Source of the DNA: Geosiphon pyriformis uo1
Lineage: Eukaryota > Fungi > Glomeromycota
Assembly (NCBI GenBank): GCA_016748015.1
Contig: JAAOMT010000170.1
Location: 1 to 6,102 of the forward strand
Direction: 5' to 3'
DNA length: 6,102 bases
Part shown: positions 1 through 6,102 of the stretch, one piece after another
Layout of the letters: every line of letters begins with the position of its first letter
How positions within the stretch are numbered: the first letter of the stretch is position 1
Program-made: the position numbers and the translations under genes
Notes under the pieces: model-generated
What the model was told of the DNA's origin: nothing
The model's database searches: none
Seen by the model: only the letters and a program-made list of their open reading frames with translations

Positions 1-33
1 CCCCCCCCCCCCCCCCCACCCCCCCCCCCTCCC
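1..33 (+). repeat. Interrupted poly-C tract (C17-A-C11-T-C3), left copy
   Basis: Read directly from the sequence. It is followed by GGTTG and then the 30-nt repeat. Confidence 0.9.
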
Positions 34-38
34 GGTTG

Positions 39-68
39 TCTTTTGTTTGTGCATAATCACACCTATAC
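39..68 (+). repeat. Terminal direct repeat, copy 1
   Basis: TCTTTTGTTTGTGCATAATCACACCTATAC is identical to 6073-6102. Confidence 0.97.
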
Positions 69-125
69 CCCTATTGGGGGCCCCTCCGAAATACCATGGC
101 CCCCCAGTAGTATAACTCTAGGTAT

Positions 126-521
126 TTGCAGTATATCCTATCAGTTGTTGGAGTACTGGGTCCTGGTTGTTGTTTGATTGGTAAGGTACTTTGTTTAAGT
201 GGTACTTTTTGTCAGTGGGTAAGTTTTGTGTTGGTTGTTGTACCATATGGTTACCTTTGTACTAATGGACCATTTGTAAGTGGATGGTTGTTACATGGGT
301 ATCCAAGGGTAGTAAGGATACTAAATGGGACCTCAATGTTAGTTTGGGATCCCCTTGATCTGGACTCAGTTGTACATCCAGTAGTACTCAAAGTCATAGA
401 GGTAAGTTTGGTTCTAGTAGGCCTCAATTATCCTTTAGAATCCTGCGATTTAGCCTTCAGATACAGATTGCTCCCTACTGAGGACTTCAATAAGAGGCGT
501 ATTACAGATCCCGTCTTATGA
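126..521 (+). CDS. Hypothetical hydrophobic ORF (131 aa from TTG; an in-frame ATG at 96 is separated by one TAG at 108-110)
   Basis: Longest standard-code ORF. It lies partly in a GT-rich tract that itself yields V/L/G/C-rich stop-poor frames, and it has no recognisable motif. Confidence 0.2.
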   Translation: MQYILSVVGVLGPGCCLIGKVLCLSGTFCQWVSFVLVVVPYGYLCTNGPFVSGWLLHGYPRVVRILNGTSMLVWDPLDLDSVVHPVVLKVIEVSLVLVGLNYPLESCDLAFRYRLLPTEDFNKRRITDPVL

Positions 522-1448
522 GTATGAGCATCATATTTGGCAGATAATATATAAGTCTAACTATGCCCCCCCTAAACGAGCCTGGTTTATTAGAGGTGAC
601 AACCAGTTTTAACCAGTAGGATGGTCCGGTACCCACAGGTCCTTGATCGCAGGCTCAATTGGAGATTGAACAAAGACCCATACGGTATCGCGAAAGGAAG
701 TGATAAGGTATTGGGATCTGATATTGATTAGTACTTATTTTGGGGATGTTACCCACCTTAGATCTCTGCCTCCCCTTATATATAGGCATCTGTTGGTTCG
801 CAGCGGGGAAAACTTTACAGTATGCTTCTCTACTCACATGCTTGCGGCATAATAGCTCCTAACTGTGGCCTGGGTTGAAAACCTCAAATAGATGGCACCC
901 CGCATAGTAAGTAGGTAGACTGCAGTAGCATCAGGAACCTGCACAATCTCAGACCTATCCTATGGTACACTTACAAAGCATTAGTATACTATCCTGGTCA
1001 AATGTCTCTCTAGCCATAGGTGTGTTGCCCCCGCATGTGAGTACTTAGGATAGCCAGCATATAACCTCTAGAACCTGATCCCACATACTAACACGAACAT
1101 CCTTTAAGACAAGCAAGTCTACAACGTACAAAGTCAATGTAGTAACGACAAGACCCCAAAGTAAAGGGTTGTAAAGGGAGGTCTAATATCCGGTGCCTAG
1201 TAAGGGCAGGCACAAGCGACTATCCAAGTATATGTAGCTATCATAGTCACCTATAGCGAATAGGCATATAAACTGATTACCATCAAGATGCTCTCATGAC
1301 GCATATATCCAGTATACCTCAAATGTGAGAGGTAACAAGTTTGAGTATGTAGGTGGAGAGGTTGCATACAAGCACTAATAAGCGTAATACACCAAATATA
1401 TAACATACCACTGAGATGTTATTGCAGAGAGAGGTCCCTATGGAGCTA

Positions 1449-1850
1449 CTATCTATAAAGGTAGTTATAAGCATATAAGACCCATATCCAGGTATGCAGA
1501 TTTGGTGAGGAGACAGGGATCTCTAGGTATAACCTTAATGATACTATAGGTCCCTTGGCTATATATCAGATGCGAAAGCTTGGTACAAAGAGTAGACAAA
1601 AGTTAGATACAGCATCGTCCAAAGGAACCCCCCAGCTACAGGAAAAAGAGCTCTCAATACGCGAATAAATCAATCCTGAGTTTGCTTGAACGACTTTAAG
1701 TGCAGATACACTGGTTTGAGGGCTAGTTATACTGATTAAGAGTTGTCAATATGAGGTACTACAATGTATCATAATATAGGTTATGTAGGTGTCAAATATG
1801 AAGTATAACCAAGTCGTATAGGTAGAGGCTAGGTTACATAGGTAGAGCAT
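1449..1850 (-). CDS. Hypothetical 133-aa ORF, open only if TGA=Trp (code 4)
   Basis: ATG at 1850-1848, in-frame TGA at 1748-1746 and 1568-1566, TAG at 1451-1449. No TAA/TAG for ~139 codons in a TA-rich region. Product is hydrophobic and unassigned. Confidence 0.12.
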
Positions 1851-3309
1851 AGGTACCTCTAGAAAGTGTTACCTCTATGAGTCTATAAGTTATAATACCT
1901 GGTAGAGTCTCTAAACAGGTCCAATGTAATGGGGCCCCAGCTCTAACCTTGTAGACAATCCTGGAGTAACCTACCATTATCATCCTTAATACTAGGGAGA
2001 TTAAGGTAACGCCAGAGTATGGGGAGGTACATCCCTATAAAACCTCTAAATAGCAAACCAGCAGGTACAAAGTCAATATCATTACCTAGGTTGCCACACT
2101 TAGCTGGTTCATAGGGAGCCATCTACAGCAGTAAAGTATTTACCTTATTCTAGCACGGTTAACCTATATGAAACGCCAATAATCTACCAAAGCCCTAATT
2201 TGGGTATCCAATTATCTAATCTGACGGCTATAGCCTACTAATCTCGCTATATAGGCTAAGGTCCCTCTCAGATGCGACACAAACGATAGTATACAGATAT
2301 AGAGATCTTCACCGGGCTACCTCTCATAGACTCTGATCGAGATCGGGAGCGATCCTTATAAAGGCAGTAATTAAATAGGAATGTGAGTAGAGTACTTGTA
2401 CCTTAAAAGTTGGGTTAATGGAGGGTATATCCCGCGTCAGGGTAGTAGAGATATCTATCAACAAGTGCTATCCATGTCCTTCCCCTAAGAGATAGTTACA
2501 TAAGTTCAATTTGGATAGGAATTAGATTAGCTGGGTAGTCTGCATAGAGCATGCAGCTTTTAGATTGCGACAGTATACGCAGCTTTGAGCTAAGGCGTCA
2601 ATTAGTAGTAGATACTGGATTACTTACCTATTTAGAGGTTCATACACAGGGTATCGTCCCATCTCCCCTGACCGTAAATAAGGAGTCTGTAGGTAGTTAG
2701 CTCTAGCTACATAAAGATAGTCGCATAACAGTATAGGTTACCAATCTAGAGCCTTGTAGAGCATCAATCGTCCAAGTAGGGTAAGACATTACTCGTTGGG
2801 GGTGCGGGAAGTATAGAATACTAGCACTCTAGGGAGATCTACAGGTAATAAGCATGATAATCTAAAATGAAGGGGGATGGTAGAGGGAATCGTATGGCGC
2901 GCCCTTTAGCAGTAGTTCAGATAGGCTAGTAGCTCACAGACAGGTTACTTCCTCAAAGTATCCCACCAATATGAGTCTACCCACTGATAAGAGTAGCATA
3001 AGATATATTTAGTACCTGGTCAGGCAAGCTCCTCAAAATCCAGAGCCATAGGATAGGTAAGGGGCCTACTACTACCTGGGAAAGTTCGATACTCCCTGTC
3101 GTAAGCCCTCTATTGAGCACAGGATCCTTGTTAGATACTCCCTATGCTTTTTGTACTATACGGGACCCTGTATACCTCTATTTATGCCAGCCACTTTACC
3201 TATCCCTAATCTTGTACCCTTGCCCTAAATACTATAACCCAAAAGGCCTAAATACTCTGGACACCTATAGAGCACTTTGCCTCGCTTTACCTTCCCCTTA
3301 AAGTCTTGA
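1783..3309 (+). CDS. Cryptic 508-aa ORF if TAA/TAG encode Gln (code 6); alternatively a C>T-hypermutated pseudogene
   Basis: No in-frame TGA from 1720 to 3306, while the other two + frames carry ~15 TGA over the same span. ATGs at 1783 and 1798; ~36 in-frame TAA/TAG. No recognisable domain, and the S/R/Y/Q-rich composition is not clearly protein-like. Confidence 0.25.
1818..1857 (+). repeat. Imperfect 20-nt tandem duplication containing four TAGGT motifs
   Basis: ATAGGTAGAGGCTAGGTTAC / ATAGGTAGAGCATAGGTACC (16/20 identical). TAGGT at 1819, 1830, 1839, 1850. Confidence 0.75.
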
Positions 3310-3834
3310 GACCCCTGCCATGGCTTACTCATTTGGGACCCCCCTCCCTACTTGGTATCCTAGACCTTGCCCAGTGGGGTTGGTACTGGCCAAGTGGGGT
3401 CCTTGACATTATCAGTCCACCTTATAGGGTGTATCTAAGATGGACCTGGAATTAGGAATCATTCTTAGACAATACGAATTCGATCTAGACCCACCCCCCC
3501 CACCAACCACCCTTACTTTGGAGGCGACTAAATATAACGCTTTAAGGCTGGATAGCTTACCTATAGCTACTTTACCCAAAACAGGGTCGTAAATTTTGAC
3601 AGCACTATCTACTTTACCCCCCCCGTGGGGTCAGAGAGTAGGCGGGTACAAACCATAGAAGCCCTTTAGAGGGACCAATATCCATCGCAACAGGCTTTGA
3701 TCTAAGGACCCTCTACTAAATGGACAGGGGTTACAGGGGGCTCTTCTGTTTGTAAAGGACTTTGGTTGTTGGCTAGTTTGAGTGGGTGGGTTTTTGGTGG
3801 GCTACAACTACAATCGTTTACCTAATACTAGTTT

Positions 3835-4329
3835 ATGCTTTTTGGATGGGCAACTACAAGGATGGGACCCATTACTTTCTGAATAGGGATTGGATGTAAT
3901 AGGGGTATGGGGATTTTTACCACCCTTTGACAAAGACCACTTGTAGTATACAGGCTTCGCACAATAGATGCGGGGGGCCATCATAATATAGCCTGTATGA
4001 CTGATTGGGTATTCCGCATCCTGGAGGACTTTACGGATCCCTCTAGAGTTGGTTTTGGTGTAGTTGTAGTACCTATTGAGTACTTTCATAATGAATGAAG
4101 TATGGATTTGCTTGCTTGGCACGATTTTTGTGGCTTTTACCCTACTGGGGTTGGTCTGGGGTTGGTGGTTGGGGTGTTCTACAATTTAAGTACCATTCCC
4201 CATTGCCCCCTACTAAGCCCTTTGTTTATAGCACCTGCTAGAGACCCGTGAGTGGGGTGGTATACTAAACTGCAACCCCTGATGTTGGCTCTACCAGGAC
4301 GCAAGCATATACGGTGTACAGGGGTCTAG
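3835..4329 (+). CDS. Hypothetical 164-aa ORF, open only if TGA=Trp (code 4)
   Basis: ATG 3835, in-frame TGA at 3880, 3928, 4096, 4249, TAG at 4327. This is the longest TAA/TAG-free stretch I found. It has only a vague cytochrome b-like spacing, with no heme His ligands. Confidence 0.15.
4145..4174 (+). repeat. Tandem (CTGGGGTTGGT)x2 plus a third GGGG run; G-rich cluster
   Basis: Exact 11-nt copies at 4145-4155 and 4156-4166; GGGG at 4171-4174. GGGGTTGGT also occurs at 3376-3384. Confidence 0.8.
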
Positions 4330-5000
4330 TGGAGTCGTTGGGTATAAGCCCTATCCGCGCCCTTGCTGCTCTACGGCCTTGCCTCAAGTGCTATCCCCAA
4401 TTGGTTTGTGTAGGACCCACACCTACAACACCCACACAACCACACACGGTTTGGTAGGGATTGGTATACTATCCTATTGGTGGCGGGTAATGGCGGGCGA
4501 GTACAAAAGTCCATAAACACCCTTATAACCCCCCCCCAGCTGAACCCACTGTCAAAGCTTCTCCAATCTACGGGGGAGTTGGCTTGGAGTCCCCAGTTTA
4601 ATCGCCGTAGTATGATAGACCAAATCAATTGGGTATCGTATATATGCAACACTTATGGGTCATGAGCCCTGGTAAAAATAGGGAACTATGCTCTCAAAAT
4701 GGTTGGGTACTTAGCTCTATGATTGGCTTTGATAGCTGAAGTCTATCGCTAATGATTGGGCTACTAAACCCCCCAGCTTTTGATTACTTTACATACTTAA
4801 CTTTTCGGTCACGATCACACATGACCAATCCCTAAAGGGATCCTATGATTTACAAGTACCATATCTCACGTGGGTATCAAGGGATTCAAGCTTTGCCAAT
4901 CAGGTATCCATAGCCCAGCCGCTAGATTGCTAGCCATTTAAGCTTATCTGTAGCCTCATCAAAGAGTATGTGGTTCTTGTATTTGGTAGCTTGGCTATAG

Positions 5001-5050
5001 ACTTGACTTACTCCTACTCATAATTAATGGATAGTATATACAAGTCAAGT
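5001..5050. repeat. Perfect 9-bp inverted repeat with 32-nt spacer
   Basis: ACTTGACTT (5001-5009) is the reverse complement of AAGTCAAGT (5042-5050). Confidence 0.7.
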
Positions 5051-5686
5051 ACTGACCATAGGGGATAACCTGGAGAATACGGCTCATCCTACTAATCGCC
5101 GTAGCCATTTGCTTTGTAGCTAGTACTAGAGTAGCATCCGAATGGGACCCATGGTACTTGAATTTATGCTCTACTATTACTGTAAGCAATCCTATTACTG
5201 GTATTCGCCTGTAGAGAAGTACTGTTTAACATTCCTTATGGCTTTAATCATACCGTTATAGCCCTGCCATTGAGCCTAGAGGCTTCTCCATACTGCATTT
5301 GAATAAGCACTATTGGATACCTAATGACAGATAAGTACTGGAATTTCTGCTAAAGTACTCGGGCCTAAAGCCTTGGGAGCCCCCAGGATGAGGTCCCCTG
5401 CGAGAGTATAACTGCCATTGTGGGATCCAATACTCTCCGTACCAAACCCAATATGCCCATAATTGGGATACCTTAACCAATACATATGGTTGGCCCATTG
5501 CCAAATTATGGATGGACAAATACTCTTTGTTACAACTGGTGGACAAAAAACCCCCCCCCCAAACACCAATGGGGACCAGAGTGGACTGGTTGGACCCAAA
5601 TATTTACCCCCCCCCTATTTTGTATCCCTGTACTTTAACCCCCCAACTTGCCCACCCCTAGGGATCTGGCCCCTACCTTGGGGTTT

Positions 5687-5713
5687 GATTGGGTCCCATT
5701 AAAAATCCCAATC
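5687..5713. other. Short hairpin GATTGGG...CCCAATC
   Basis: 7-bp stem (5687-5693 / 5707-5713), 13-nt loop. Resembles the hairpin at 5977-6005. Confidence 0.5.
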
Positions 5714-5976
5714 CTATTAGACCCCATTAGGAATTCTCAATAACCCTGCTTTGGATGGTGATGCCCTCTCCTGAGGATCTAGAGGTTTGATACAGGATAC
5801 CAAAGACCCTGTGGGATCCTCAAATCGTGAGAGACTAGGGGACAATTCGTCTGGAACGGTTATAATGAATAGACAATATGGTGGCTTTTACCTACTTTGC
5901 TCTGCCAAATCTATGGCTCTCCATACGTGACTTGGTAGTAGTTTACTTTATGCTTTACCTGGATAAACCCGCCCTT

Positions 5977-6005
5977 ATTGGGACCCTATGCTAACCAATC
6001 CCAAT
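5977..6005. other. Short hairpin ATTGGGA...TCCCAAT, 30 nt before the poly-C tract
   Basis: 7-bp stem (5977-5983 / 5999-6005), 15-nt loop. Confidence 0.5.
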
Positions 6006-6035
6006 TTCAACCTTTACAAAGATAATCTGGCTTAT

Positions 6036-6072
6036 CCCCACCCCCCCCCCCACCCCCCCCCCCCCCCCCCCC
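6036..6072 (+). repeat. Interrupted poly-C tract (C4-A-C11-A-C20), right copy; G-quadruplex-competent on the minus strand
   Basis: Read directly. It has non-homopolymer sequence on both sides, so it is not merely a read-end tail. Confidence 0.9.
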
Positions 6073-6102
6073 TCTTTTGTTTGTGCATAATCACACCTAT
6101 AC
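6073..6102 (+). repeat. Terminal direct repeat, copy 2
   Basis: Identical to 39-68. Confidence 0.97.

Larger units (their letters stand above)
39..6072. other. Probable complete unit (~6034 bp) of a circular or head-to-tail tandem DNA element of unknown class
   Basis: An exact 30-nt direct repeat at 39-68 and 6073-6102, each preceded by an interrupted poly-C tract, gives a period of 6034 nt (homopolymer length uncertain). No hallmark gene identifies the class. Confidence 0.75.

Noticed and set aside
108-116. TAGTATAAC, one mismatch from the CRESS nonanucleotide TAGTATTAC
   Set aside because: No tight flanking stem, and no HUH Rep or SF3 helicase motifs found.
478-484. CTGAGGA hammerhead-core-like motif (also 5771)
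   Set aside because: No stem II followed by GAAA.
218-1092. GTAAGT donor-like sites (219, 276, 402, 907) and TACTAAC (1086)
   Set aside because: Similar motifs occur on the other strand, there are no well-placed YAG acceptors, and I could not build a spliced ORF.
1486-1836. Minus-strand LINE-RT-like fragments (NLASTY/YDLV, WGVPLDDAVS, SAYLD)
   Set aside because: Needs several frameshifts and substitutions at invariant residues. Equally loose matches appear on the opposite strand.
1126-2077. 13-mer GTACAAAGTCAAT repeated at 1126 and 2065 in the same frame
   Set aside because: One 13-mer repeat in 6 kb of biased sequence is not clearly above chance, and the flanks do not align.
2767-2778. 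Minus-strand YLDD (RT catalytic-like; followed by TGA)
   Set aside because: No upstream RT motifs (LPFG/PQG type) or downstream FLG at a sensible spacing, and the surrounding frame is full of stops.
2413-3039. Minus-strand YPPLT (cox1-like, 2413-2427) and ILRSLPD (cob-like, 3019-3039)
   Set aside because: Isolated 5-7 residue matches without the adjacent conserved residues (GWT, PEWY); compatible with chance.
5061-5069. GDN in 'VLTIGDNL' (RdRp motif C-like)
   Set aside because: No motif A or B upstream, and the frame is interrupted by all three stop types.
655-5702. Nine other short ORFs (60-104 aa) in the supplied track
   Set aside because: Mostly non-ATG starts, often overlapping on both strands, with no motifs; lengths are consistent with background.
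1-6102. LTR retrotransposon, CRISPR array, tRNA or rRNA
   Set aside because: Terminal repeats lack TG...CA, PBS and PPT. There is no regularly spaced repeat-spacer array and no recognisable cloverleaf or rRNA signature.

Overview
The window looks like one complete unit of a ~6.03 kb circular or tandemly repeated DNA. An interrupted poly-C tract followed by an identical 30-mer (TCTTTTGTTTGTGCATAATCACACCTATAC) occurs at both ends (39-68 and 6073-6102). I recognise no standard-code gene, rRNA, tRNA, CRISPR array or intact transposon, and the supplied ORFs (<=131 aa) look like background. Composition is unusual: CpG-poor, TpA/CTAG/GTAC-rich, with long C-runs almost only on the + strand. A run-poor core (~600-3300) is flanked by a homopolymer-, CCAAT- and hairpin-rich arc that spans the junction. 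The main cryptic coding signal is a 530-codon + frame with no TGA (1720-3309). It is an ORF only if TAA/TAG are sense (ciliate-type code 6), or it is a RIP-like C>T-mutated relic. My best overall reading, which is inference, is an unclassified eukaryote-associated circular element: an organellar minichromosome or 'empty' minicircle, a recoded virus/plasmid, or a heavily mutated repeat unit. All counts were made by eye and are approximate. No database search was possible.
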